Origin: Lepidodermella squamata | Lineage: Eukaryota; Animalia; Gastrotricha | Direction: 5' to 3' | Length of the DNA stretch: 64,000 nt | Assembly: GCA_047495785.1 (NCBI GenBank) | Contig: JBLDXI010000033.1 | Coordinates: forward strand, 2,852,001 to 2,916,000 | Made by a program: the position numbers and the translations under genes | In this document: piece after piece, positions 39,501-52,460 of the stretch | Position numbering within the stretch: position 1 is the stretch's first letter | Layout of the letters: the number at the start of each line of letters is the position of its first letter | The notes under the pieces: model-generated | Databases searched by the model: none | Told to the model about the DNA's origin: nothing | The model's input: only the letters and a program-made list of their open reading frames with translations

Positions 39501-42500
39501 TCCGTCGTCGATAATTTTGTCCCATTGCAATATGAGAGGGTGAAACAATTTTGATGAAATAGATAATGGCCCTGATTGAAACACCATTTGATAGCCTTGA
39601 TTATTCCAATAATTTTGCATTTCAGCAATAGCTTATACACACGCTCCACTGTGATGCGCTGAAGACGGCAACCTTTTCGCCATCGCGCGCGCCCCTCGCC
39701 TCACCCTCAAGAGCAATTGAACGACAGAGGTTGATCAAGACGAGCGATGAGTGGCTAAGATTTACTTACAAATGGTCATTTTGCGATTGAATTGTTGAAA
39801 TCATGCCGAGTATATGAAGCGCTACCAGCTAAGAAGCAAGAAAAGAGCAACCAACCGAGGGTGCGAGCCTATAAAATGGCCGTGCCGTTCGGTTAATAAT
39901 GTCGGACGGCCATAGCGCTTTGCCGAGCCAGCAGCGACGACGACCAACACCATCCCATATAGCAATAGCAATTCATTTTCGTTCTATCCGCGAGATTTCC
40001 GATGGTATGTGATATTTGTTATGATATCAAGGAAAAAAGAGAAGTAAAGAATAAGACGCGCTTCGGTCATACCAATGAGTGTGCATATTACCGTAAATAC
40101 CGAATTACTAGGCATCACCTAAATTTAAGGCAGGACCGGAATTGAGGGCAGAGATCAGAGGTCAATTGAAATAATATAAGGCAGAACCGAAATATAAGGC
40201 ACGTGCCTCTTATTTTCCGGCTTGAGTCAGCTGTGCAAATGGAAGAAGCTTAATCTCGCGCACTTGATAGAGCGTAAGTAGTACTTAATCCACCTGTGAG
40301 GAATTTAATCCCTTGTTTACACACAGTCGCTAGCAGCAAATGAGGTAAAGAACGCAGGCGCCTCCCAGGTGTCCCAAAGTGACGATGAGGTTGAAATTAT
40401 AACTGGTGATGATAATGAATGAATTTCTCGTGCTCGGTAAAATAAATATAAGGCAGACCCGAAATTAAAGGCAGACCCGTTTTACAAGGCAGGACTTTTG
40501 GGGCATCTGAAATTATTATAAGGCACTCTCTTATAATTCGGTATTTACGGTATGTTACAGTTACAGGTGTTCATATACAATAAAGAGGTGCTAGTGTGTC
40601 GCGTCACCCCAGCTTCGAGATGCCAACGACAAGAAGGCTGAAAAAACCCCATAGGTTTCATCTCCTGAGCATTGCGACTACTCCCGCGGGTCTTCAATTC
40701 AAGTTAATTTTTTGCCCTTCACATTTAACCCAATTTTAGGAAAAAAATGCTAAAGACTGTCGCATTGGACCCAACAATGCAGTATGTGAGCGAAGCGAGC
40801 TTTAGCTAACGTTATTTCAGCGAAATTTTAGCTGAAAATAGGCTGATTTTCGGGTTATGATCGTGCGAAACTCCAGCAATTCTTTGAGAAAAGCCAATCG
40901 GCAGCCATGAACTGCCGAGCCGGTGGCCGGGAAAACCGAGTTTGCGACGCACTGGGCTACTTAGTAAGTGCTAAATGCTAAACCCGTCAGTTTCTACTCC
41001 TTCATTCCTCCAAGCCTGCGCGAACTCAGTACTTACCATATACCGGCAGAGCAGAACCGGAGTAAAGCTTGGAGGACTGAGGGGAGTTAAGGGCAGAGAG
41101 GACAGGTCATGTAGAATAATAAAGACAGAACTGTATTAATAAGTATTGGCAAGTATGGGTAAGAGGTTGAAGCTTGATAGGGCGCGATTCCTCGAAATTG
41201 AGTTCACTAATCCTCCTAATCCACTTGATCAAGCACTTCACGCATTTGGTCACTGGTAGTGGGCGGTAGCTAGCAGTTATTTGGCGGCTTTAACCGTTGA
41301 TCTATAGTGACTCTTGAGATTGACTGATGAGGTTCGAAAAAATAAAGAGCAGAACCGAAATAAAGGGCTGACTCTAAATACAGAGCAGGACTTGGACATA
41401 GTTCGAAAAATATAGGGCAGTGTCTTATAATTCGTAAAATAAGAAACACGGTAAGTTGCTATGTATTAGTTTTAGCGCGTGCGGAGTGAGCACCTTAGAG
41501 TAATAAATGGTGATTCCGGCACGTAAATCAAGTGCCAATTGCGGATGCCTTCGGGTAGAAGGTGCGCGAAACACACACACGCCCAAGGTAAAACGCAAAA
41601 ACGAAAAAAGACCGCGTGGTATTGCGTGTTTCTTCATGAGCTGTAATTTTCAACGGAAGCAAATTACATAGCTTGATGCAGCGTTCTACGGGTTATTCAA
41701 TGTATAAGCCATTTTAGTGGACATAATAAAACTCTAGATTTTAATATGTAATGGATATGCTATGGAGAGACATGCTGACAAGCGCAATGTCTCTTTGCAC
41801 TTGTCTCTTGTATCTAATTTGTGAATCGGAAAAGAGACTTGAAGACAAGAGACGAGAGCCACGAATTCTTGTCTCTTTAATATGTGAATACTACATGAGA
41901 AAAGTGAATCTGAGGATTGATAGCCTTGAATGTCTCTTTCGATTTAAAACCTCATGGTCGTCCTATTTATGGTTATTGCTAAACAAATGCGAATTACCTA
42001 ATTCAATATCGCGAGAAGCTGAGGCAAAATCTACGCAGTCCTGCGACAAGTGCGCGAGGCGAGCTGCCTGCATCGCTCGCACGCGCAAGATGAGAAAACG
42101 GCAGCACGGTAATACCATTTTTCCGTCAATTTCAATGATATTGAACTGTGCTTTGGAAGGAAGCTAGCAGAAAGCGAGTCGCATCGGTATATCGAAACAT
42201 TTTTGGATTCTGACCTAGGGCTGAGGAATAACTTGAATATTACTAGAGTGCCTGTTCTTTCAATACTACCGCGTTAAAAAAACCTTGTGGTACCGTTTAC
42301 TCCTTAACGGTAGATGATGTCTTGATAAAATTTGGTTTAGTCGTAGCTAATAGCGAACCTATCGGTACACAAAAAACCGACATCGATGCGATGCACAGTT
42401 GCTAAGAAAAAGTTTCATAAAATGCACGCGTCTTCATTCCTCAAAGATGTCGATTCCAGTGGTATAAGTCACTACAAGCATCTACCAGCACACACAACAA

Positions 42501-45500
42501 CAACACACACACACAAGCGGACGAATATAGAAAGCATAATCACGCAACGCGTACGCGTCGATCAGTTATTGTCAGCGATCAATGGTAACCTATATAATAT
42601 AATGCTCGCTGATACCTATACATGATAACCCTCATAAGCGCCGATACCATTAATGAGACAAGTCACTTGGTTCGGCAGGCTGCATGATAGGTTTATGCAT
42701 GGAGCGCGGTCAGCAGCCGACATTGTTCGCGCATGTTTTTCACTTCGAAACAAAACAATGCGCCCGTAAATCAGTGTTTTAACGCCGCGCATAATTCGTA
42801 TACCATGCCTGCTAAAAATGTAAAACGAATGGTGCAGTGGCTGCAAATTTAAAATTTACATTTAGTCCGAGAAAAACAGGCCTCGACGTTCGCATGAATC
42901 AGCGCGGCGCAAGGTTCGAATTAGCTAAAATACGTTTACTGCTTGCTCGATTTACGAAATTTCTCTTTAGCTTTTAGTGCAAAACAAGCGATGCTACTCA
43001 CTGTCAAAATAATACATATTTGACTTGTGGCTTCTTATTGCGTATAATAAATGTTGACTTCTGCGCTCGTCTATAATAATGCCGTTATAATAATCGTGGC
43101 CGTTTCAAAATTGGGAGTTGCTAATCTGACTTAGCTACCTCGCACTAAATTAGAACCTGCTTGTATCAGAAGGCGAACTATCAGATACGATGTAGGGGTT
43201 TTACAAAGGTCATTATTAAATGCATTAAAAAGCTTGGGATTAAATAACCATGGAGAAGGTGCATCTTTTCAAAAACGATACGCGCAATCTGATCACTACG
43301 TTCTCTGCAAGAATAAGTAACAAGGCTTACATCAACGTCGAATTTCTGACGGCTGCCGTCGAGCAGCAAGACGTCGCAAATCATTCCACCGTGTGATCGC
43401 TGGCTCGAATTGTAGTTGTCCATATTCGAAGATTTCTGACCACGTCGACCAGCTTGCTGTTAACGCAAGAAAACAATAGGTATCGGTTAATAATGAGCAT
43501 TAACGCCGTTGTTTAGTAATAAACGGCAGCGGTAAAGGAGATAATGATAATAAAAACATGTGATAACAGCGGGAATCTAGAAAAGCGTTGCTGTTTACGG
43601 CTTATCCTCTGTGAGCGCGCGCGATCAGCAACGTAAACACGCCGGTAAACAAGACTAAAAGGCGGCGATGAGCGCAACACTTTCCACGTGTTTCCGATAA
43701 GCGCGAGGGAACAAAAATAAAACAATCAAGTACCGTCGCGTAGGTCATCGCCAAATCGCCACCGCGAAACCGACTGTCAAAAAGTTTATCCGATTCCGAA
43801 TAATAAATGTCGCCGTCATCAAATCTCTGCTTCCAGACAGCAGATTCCGAAGTAGCGAGGCCGAGCGCTGGTTCGAGCGGTGCGTTTTCGCGACGGCTCG
43901 GGCCCAGCGGAACAACTTTTTTAGGGCTGTTCAGATGAGGCGAAGGGGAGTTCGATTGGTGTGAAAACGCTTCCGTAGCTTCGGTATTGGGCGAGCCCGA
44001 AATCGGCTCCGAGACAATAACTGTCGCCACAAGAAGCGCCAGGTCTGCTATTAAATCTAGGCCGGTAGTAGTTCACTTCTACCCAACATACGAAATGTCC
44101 TCCAAACAAGAAATTAATATATAACTACCAAGCTAGCGCGCGAAAGAAGGCAGTTTATGTATGAATGAATAATGACGTGAGACGGCCGGATAGGGGGATT
44201 CATGTTAAATAATGAAATTTGCCGCGCTATGTGTTGCTACTAATTTGGGCGGCAAAACATCAGCGTTTTCGGCTAAATTGGTGTGTTCATGAAAACGCTC
44301 ATAAACAAGGCGGCGATGGGGCGAAAACACGGTGTAAATGACGAAGAAAACTACAGGCAGGATCGATTTGTCTATCGCCGGTCCCGCAGCCGCTAAATGC
44401 CTGGCTGTGCTAGAAACATGGCATAAAATCGACACGAACGTGTCTGCTGCCATCGGCCACACTTAGCTGCCAGCGAACTAATAGTTGAGCAAAAATAATA
44501 ACGCGCTAATAATCGTAACGACAACTGTAGGCGAAAAAGCGAAAAGCTATCGCTCGCCTGAATGACGTTATTAGCGGCAGTAATGATGTTTGCGTCCTAA
44601 GCTGACCGCACGCGGCTATTTAGAAATGTTTTAGCACTCCTAAAAAATTGGCAGCTTCACTGCCGCAAATCGGCGTTTATTCACACCCGATTCTGCCCGC
44701 AAAGAAGCGAGCAGCAATAAACGCACTCGAACAGCGCTGTTCGCAAGGTAGTCCTCGAAAAATAGACAAAATCAATAGGAAGCGAAAAAATTTGTCATAG
44801 CTAGCGATGAAAAGTAAAACTCACAGTCGCTGCAGATTATGATGATGCTGCCGCTGATACAGCGAAATGGTGACGACGGTGGGTCGTAATAAATTTATAC
44901 GAAATATCGGCTACGCGCAGCTTTAATCCAGCTGCAAACGCAATTCTACACACACACGACTTTACAAATATCGAGCAATAAAACAATGTGGATATTAGTT
45001 TTTGTCTGGCCGTACATATGTAAATCCTGTGGCACCTAGTATTGAGGCGGATTCGCAATAAGCGAATATTGCTGCGGCGCGTAGATCAGATACAGTGAGC
45101 ATTAACACATGTTGGCATTTCGGAAATGCGTGTGCAATAAAACTTATTACAGCAGTAATATTAATATTAGTTAGCAGCAGCGAAACCCGTGTTTTTACAT
45201 GATCTACGCTGAGATACTAAAAGCAGCCCAGCGTAATGGCTCGATTCGGTGGGCCAGCTAATTTTTTCCGACTACGAGCGCGTTTTTTCTCGTCGGATCG
45301 TGCCGATCAGGATGATTAAAAAAACGCGAGCATAAAAATTGCTTCAAGAACACCGCTGTATCACTGTGTAATTATTATCATAACCGCTTTCCGTACGTAA
45401 CAATAACGAAACGACAATAAATCAGCAAATCAGACGAGTGCATGCAAAAAATAACAACTCACCCTTCCGTCTTCAGCCGACTGATGGCTTTCATCTGCAG

Positions 45501-45504
45501 GCAT
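33504..45504 (-). CDS. cora: Protein 4.1 / coracle family FERM protein. Exons 45504-45463, 43456-43331, 37267-36107, (35870-35595 candidate cassette), 35310-35038, 33956-33504
   Basis: Complete FERM plus FERM-adjacent domain ([18 protein letters not shown]...[13 protein letters not shown]...VEHHTFFRL...[11 protein letters not shown]) and 4.1 C-terminal domain ([23 protein letters not shown]). All junctions are phase 0; the first exon is less certain. Confidence 0.9.
38640..39110 (+). mobile_element. RTE-like non-LTR retrotransposon 3' fragment in a protein 4.1 intron
   Basis: Motif [14 protein letters not shown], typical of the RTE-clade ORF C-terminus, and an A-rich 3' end near 39095-39110. 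Confidence 0.6.
40091..40550. mobile_element. MITE, pogo/Tc1-mariner type
   Basis: Perfect 17-bp TIRs CCGTAAATACCGAATTA, TA duplication on both sides, multiple subterminal (AAATA)TAAGGCA repeats. Confidence 0.9.
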
Positions 45505-48500
45505 TAACTCAGTATCAGCCTATATAAGCAAAGCGACGTGGCAAATAAATAAACAAAATGTATTTGTCCGAATGAAAATGAACAGGCAAACGTTAAAATT
45601 ACCTGCTGGGCCATTAAATCAGTCATTGCTTGAGGAACGGCGGACGCGTTAAAAAATAAACAACTCTAGATGAACACAGATCAATACATGAAATTTGATA
45701 GCACAATGACGTCGCAGAAAGGTTTCCTGGTCGCGCGATATTTGTTCATAAACAACAAAATGTGTCAAGTTGCTCGCCGGTCAATAAAATTTGCGTTACG
45801 TGGCTGAGGTGTAATACAAAGCCGCCAATGAGTGATCAAAATCTAAATTTTCACGGAGCAAGGGAATGAAAGGAAAACAACAAAATTATAAATTGTTTGC
45901 GAAACGAGCTCGCAACGATTAAAATTAGCCAGCAGAATACGAGGCTGTTCTACGATCAGCGGGACAGGAAGAACGGCCGTACGTGAGCTATGAAAGAGAG
46001 GCAGTAATAAAAAACAAGCGACATACCGGGCAGGTGAGTGTGATAACGCACATGCAACCAGCTCTTACACTCAACATGAAAAAAGTGAGACATGTCTTGC
46101 TGCTAACACCGATGAATAAGAGAAGGAAATGGCGTGGATGAAAACAGCGCGTAGTAATAAATGTGTAGAGCTACATACCAAAAAGTAGGCAGTAAAAGGC
46201 TAATCTACATTAGTCGCTTTTATTGCAATAAAGTGATTACGCTAGGAAAAAACTAGATAACGGTAACGCGCGCCGTAGAGAAACGTGGAGCCGAACGATA
46301 AAATAACTCATGTCGCACGCGGGAAGTATGCGAAAGCCGAAAAACAAAATAACAACAATAATGTAGTGATAATAGGAGCAGAGAACACCGACGTCAAAGA
46401 ACTAAAGGTAATGATACGTAATAAAACGAGCCAAATCGCAATGGCAGCGATGTGTGATATGCTTATGGCCGAGGTTGCAAAGCACATAATAAACATGCGG
46501 AACAGCGAATGCATACCAGCACTGTATTTGTTCGCTCAAAACTATGTAGAAATGCACAAGTGTGTGTGGCCGCACGTAGCAAAAATTGCCCAGAATGGCA
46601 AACGCAGGACACGGGAAGGTAGAGGAAATTTATGCTATCGCAGCACGAATGAAGGCAGGAACGGAGTTGCCATCGGCCGCAAACTAAACAATGAGCCGCA
46701 AACGCACACATATACACACACACTCGCCGTACGTCGCGCTAACTCTAGTTTTCGTCGTCTGCCTAGCTAGATCTCGGGCAATACAAATTCATTCTACGGC
46801 AAGTAAGCCATACTCTTCAGTGCTAATGCGCACGGCCAGTACTACTCGCAGAGCTACTAATATAGCAGAGAGTGTGGCAACAGAATTAGCAGACAACAGA
46901 AACAAGGACAACAACAACAGCAGTAATAATAATAACACAACGGAGGGCGAGATCTATTATAGCGACCATAAAAGCAGTACCCTCTGTGCCTGCCCCATAA
47001 AATTGTCGACTGTTTGTCTTGACCGGCTAAGCATTTGCCGCTCATTCAATAGCGTCGTCATCCGTACCAAACAGCATTATTTAATGCGAAAGATGATATA
47101 TTGTTGTTGTTGTTATCGTCATCACTATACAACTAGAGCCACCGTTTATGATCTATCGTATCAACACAAGAGATGCTCGTCGGTGGCTATTCTAGGGATA
47201 AAAATAAAAAGAAGTTGGCGCCGTGTATATAACGGCCAGGCACGCCGCCTTCGACTAATTTCAAAGACACGCATACCTGCTGGTATAAGTATATGCAAGT
47301 GAAGAAAGCCGCTTAACAAATCGCGAGTGTCTTCGCAAAGAATGCTCGAGGATTTACGACTGCTGTTGATTATAGAATATCAAGAGCCATGCGCGCCTCG
47401 CCAATACATATATAAATAATACCAAATTAGAATTGACATGCAGAATGAGGTTTTCAGTGGTGAGAGGATGTCAAGGGAATACGCAATGCGTGATGAATAG
47501 CGCATAGACATCAAAAATTAATGAATTCTAAAAAATTGCGATATAAAAGAAACATATGACATAACAAAATTGCAATGCGAAAGACAAGTTGGGAATCTAG
47601 TTATTTAAAACCATTTTCTTTCGAAAAAAGCTAGCACTGGCCAAATAAAAGCATAATTAAAATGATTTTCCTCTGGAGTTATTTATTCACTATCAATTGG
47701 TTGTCCAACTGAGTCTTTCTACAAGACGACCTAACTTGGCAAACAAGTAGCCCAACTTACGCGGAGATCGGGAAGAATCCGGATCTTGCAATGTCGGGCT
47801 TCAGAAATAATATTTTGATGCAAAAATTGCTCTATTTTCTTTGTTTTTGAAGGAATATGTCGATGACAATGATCGACTCGCCAATACGTAGCGGAAAAAA
47901 TAGTAAGGCTTGCATGGACTATCGCATTGCCTTAGTGGCAGTCGGCTAAATCAGGCAACTATTTTCTTGATCGTTATTAAATGGCGAAGACGCGGCGGTT
48001 AACACAGCGCTGGCTTTAGTCCGGTGTGAGGTATGCGCCAAATTTTCCTGACTGGTTGACAATCCTTTGCTTTAGCATTACAATATGTGCATGTTGCACA
48101 TAACGCCTACTCGTGGGATTCAATCTATTAGGGTGCCAATCTATGGAACTTAGGGATATTGAAGATAGCCATGTCAGCAATAGATCACCCTTCTCAAATG
48201 GGCGACGCTATTCTATACTTCTGGTGCAGAGTGCAAATGTGACAACTGTAAACCGGCAGATAATTCAAGTAGCAGCCCATTTAGTAAAAATCTATATAGG
48301 GGGTAGGGTAGGGTACTGACAAGCCGGGCGCCGCGAAAGACTCAACGACATGACCATAAGGTCAGCGTAGTGGCTAGTCCGACAAGCATCCGAGAGAACT
48401 GTACTGGATGCACAGCTCTTCTGCTGAACGCCCCTAACTGGGCCTGACTGCGGATGACGACAAACGATTTAAATGTTGGTTCCTCCGAGCATTCCGACCA

Positions 48501-49765
48501 TTAGAGGAGTATGGCCACCCACGTCTACGCCCTTAAGCGGTGGCTGCGGGCGTATCCGTGTCAGAAGCTCGAAATCGAGAGTCGCATCACATCAGACATC
48601 AGTCATAAACCTTAGCTAAAGAACATCCAAGAGTGACACCAGTCGATCGCACTTCTAAGGTAAGGTATATAGAAAGTACCTGTCAATATCCAATCAGAGA
48701 AGCGAAATCTTTTTTAAATCCCGAATTGTGTCCTATCATAGACTTTTGTCTCAACTATGGATTGCAAAAACCTTTCAGTTTCTAGTCATTTGAATGAGAT
48801 TGGAACGAAATGAGGTCGATAATTAATGGATAAAATTATAGAATTAATGGATAAAATGTCTGTTTCAAGTCAGTAGAGGTTAAGGGTCAAGTTTTCCTGA
48901 CCGGCTTATTATAGACGTTTGTTAACCTGCTATCCAATATCATCTTAAAATAAATATACCATATCTAATCGCTGTAAAATCTTGTCTCTTAGCTCGAAGA
49001 ATTTTTTTTTCAGAAACATGGTGGTAGTGATCAAAAGTTAAATACCAGTCTGCCAGTTAACAGTCGGTTAATCTATCTTACGCATGAAAAAGTTCAGTGT
49101 TAACTGTTAACTGGCAGTTAAAGAGAGCCTAAAGGCTAGAGGCTGTCGTAATTTGAGCAAAATTCGAGTTAAAGATCAGTGATAAAACAGTTATGGACAA
49201 GGCGAATGGTGAATGAGATGGCTCAACATTATACAAGCTCTCTCGGAGGGCGGAGGGGGCCAGAAGTCAGGGTCGGGAGTTGCCAAAAATGAAACCACTC
49301 CGGCAAACTTGAGCTATGAAATGATGAATAAGCTGTTTTCACGCAAGAAAAAACATATTATAAAAACTTATATAAATGAATAAATTAAATAAAAATGTGT
49401 ATTTTAATATTTAAAACTAAAAAAATACCGCGTGTCTGCACGCTGCACGTGCCGCTATGGCTCCGACGCGGCTCTTTAGGTTAGCTTGTTTGAAGACAGA
49501 TTCAGAATCTGGCCTCCGTTATCAAAACACCAGGTTCCGAGGCTGAAGGAAAATGTACCATTTTGTGTGATTTAAGCCAGGATTGTGTCCTGATTTCCTC
49601 CTGCGACTTCAAAGATATTTCTGTATTTGCCGACTTGATGAGTTAACTACGAACTCAACTTCTAGAATCCATTTATCTGCTTTCCGAGCTCGTTTCTCGT
49701 TTCTTATGCTTTGGTTTATTTTAAACTGTTTAATTTTATAGGTCCTCACGACGTTATTCTAAATA

Positions 49766-51810
49766 ATGGTTAGTTTTGTAACATATTTTATTGTCATTAC
49801 TTGAACATGGCTTTGTTTTAGTCTCATCGTAAATATTGTGCCCCTCGCCATGGCTCTCTGGGTTTCCTCCCCAAGAAGCGAAGCCGCAGAATGCGTGGCA
49901 AATGCAAGGCTTTCCCTAAGGACGACCCCTCCAAGCCTGTTCATGTTACCGCTTTCATTGGCTTCAAGGCTGGTATGACTCATATCGTGCGTGATGTCGA
50001 TCGAATTGGCTCAAGTAAGATTAATTAGTATGCCAGTAGCCAGTAGTAAAATGTCGGAAAATTATAATTTTAACGCAGAGGTCAACAAGAAGGAAGTTGT
50101 TGAAGCCGTTACCATTGTCGAAACTCCGCCCATGGTCTGCTGCGGTGTTGTTGGCTATATCGATACCCCGAAGGGTATGCGCATCTTCAAGACTGTCTGG
50201 GCTCACAATCTGAGCGAAGAGTGCCGTCGCCGTTTCTACAAGAACTGGTATGATTAGAACGCAAATTGGTCTCAAGTTTTTGTTTACAGGATGTTCCAAC
50301 AAGCCTCTAAGCTCGCAGATACTCACTTGTTCTTACTTTGTCTCCGCTGAACCGAATGGTTTATGAGACATTATGTTTTAAATGAGTGCACGTTTAGTTC
50401 AGTACATGAGCCTAACGCAGCGACGCGTTGGTTAATGATACTCAGAACCAGGGTGCACTCTTTAGTCGACATCAAACTTGATTGATCGGTGTCAGCCTGC
50501 AGTCAAACAAAGCTTACTCTGAGTTTTACAAATTCTAAGGTACAAGTCAAAGAAAAAGGCGTTCACCAAGTACTCGAAGAAATGGAGCGACCCAGCTGGT
50601 CAAAAGGAGATCGAAAGTGACTTCCGCCGTATCGTCAAGTACTGCAAAGTCGTCCGCATTCTGGCGCACACTCAGGTTAGCGATGTTTACTTTTCTAGAC
50701 TGAGTTCATAAGCAAAAACAGCATTTGGTCCCAGAAATGCCGACAGGGTTTAGGTTGATTCGCCAAACACTGATGCTTTTCATTGTGGGTAGAATAAAGC
50801 CTTAGCCGAAATAAGGGTGCTTAATGAATCGGTTTGAGTTGCTTATTGACGTTAATGTATATTCTCTGAATTTACAGCCTAAACTGACTCCTCTGAAGCT
50901 CAAGAAGGCGCACATTATGGAAATCCAACTGAACGGTGGCACTATCGCTGATAAGGTCGCCTGGGCGCGGGAGCACTTCGAGAAGCCCATCACCATCAAC
51001 CAGGTCTTCAATCAAGACGAGTGCATTGACACTATTGGTGTCACGAAGGGCCACGGAGTTCAAGGTAATTATTTTTTTCCGTTTGACTTTCGTTGGTAAA
51101 AATGATGAACAGTGCTCAGAATTTTCATGTTGAAATTTAATGTTGCCTTCCTACTGATTTTCCTCCAAGTTCATTGAAGCTTAAATTTTGCACTTCGAAA
51201 CTTCTATAATTGTGTTTATGCTTATTAACTTAGGTGTCACGTCTCGCTGGGGTACTCGCAAGCTGCCTCGCAAAACTCACAAGGGTCTGCGCAAGGTCGC
51301 CTGTATTGGTGCCTGGCATCCTGCCCGTGTCTCGTGGGCTGTTGCTCGCGTCGGTCAAAAGGGCTACTTCCATCGCACGGAGATGAACAAGAAGATCTAC
51401 CGCATTGGCAAGGGCTACTACAAAGAAGGCAACAAGGAAATTAAGGATAACGCCTCGACCGAACACGACAAGACTGAGAAGAGCATCACTCCCATGGGTG
51501 GTTTCCCACGCTACGGTGAGGTCAAGAACGACTTCCTGATGCTGAAGGGTTGCATCATCGGTGTGCGCAAGCGCCCGATTACTCTTCGCAAGTCATTGGT
51601 TACTCCGACCAAACGGTGGCAGAACGAGAAGATCACCCTTAAGTGGATCGATACTGCTTCCAAGTACGGTCATGGTCGCTTCCAGACGCACAAGGAGAAG
51701 ATTTCCTTCATGGTTTGTTGAAACACTCTAGAATGATTTGCTTTGACCTTATCTTTTTTCTTATTCAGGGTCCGTTGAAGAAGGATTTGAAGGAACCTGG
51801 CGAGGCGTAA
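49766..51810 (+). CDS. RPL3: 60S ribosomal protein L3 (uL3). Exons 49766-49768, 49822-50014, 50079-50247, 50540-50675, 50878-51064, 51234-51712, 51769-51810
   Basis: [18 protein letters not shown]...[21 protein letters not shown]...[10 protein letters not shown]: full-length uL3 with ATG-only first coding exon. Confidence 0.98.
51098..51161 (+). ncRNA. SNORD83: Box C/D snoRNA, U83/snR52-type guide for 18S rRNA
   Basis: Box C ATGATGA 51102-51108, D' CAGA, C' ATGTTGA, box D CTGA 51154-51157 and a terminal stem. Guide TGTTGCCTTCCT is complementary to conserved 18S AGGAAGGCAGCA. Box D lies 76 nt from the 3' splice site. Confidence 0.88.
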
Positions 51811-52460
51811 ACTTTATGCTATTTACGATATTTTGTGAGAGATGCGAGGAAAGAAATAAAAATGATGCTAAATTGAGAATACGAAGGGACCTGTTACGTC
51901 CTTGTGTCATTGAGCCACAATATTATTGCTAGGCGTATTTAATGAGGTATTCATCAGAAACTGCTGACGTCGATGAGGAGAAGCAACCAAAGGCAACTCA
52001 TTCTGCTGTTTAAAATCGTCCCGTTGCATTTAAAAGGGGCCGCTATGTTTTTGTTACTGCTGCAATATAATATAGCAAATTTATATGGCCCAAAATGTAT
52101 ATCCTTATATTCCTCACAAAATGATCTCTCCAATGACGCAGGTTGTCTAAACTTCCGTGTTCATTCAAACCTTGATTTTGTTTTTATGGTGTTTCTTTTA
52201 TATTATCGCCATAGTGACAGTATTTCTATTGTACGATGGAAACGAAACGATCTCAAGTCTAGTTGTATGTGTTCGGTTTGTTAATATAACAACGACATCT
52301 CGAAATTGCCCAACTGTAATTGAAGTGTTGACAAAAGGAAAGCAATGTGGGACATCTCTGTTTGTGATGAAGTTGCTGAAATTTCTGTTTCTCTTCCACA
52401 TCTACGCTTCCTTTCTCTCTATGTTCCTTCTACTCTTCCACTCTTTTTCTTCGTTTCTAT

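Noticed and set aside
46285-47302. ORFs of 161 and 203 aa upstream of protein 4.1
   Set aside because: Low-complexity (AAC/AAT runs), no recognisable domain or exon structure, non-ATG or weak starts
49051-49117. 15-bp inverted repeat CTGCCAGTTAACAGT
   Set aside because: Short and isolated; probably a transposon remnant with no definable boundaries
49480-49741. C/D snoRNA in the RPL3 upstream intron or outron
   Set aside because: Box-like words are present, but there is no clear C/D pair with a terminal stem and no recognisable rRNA guide
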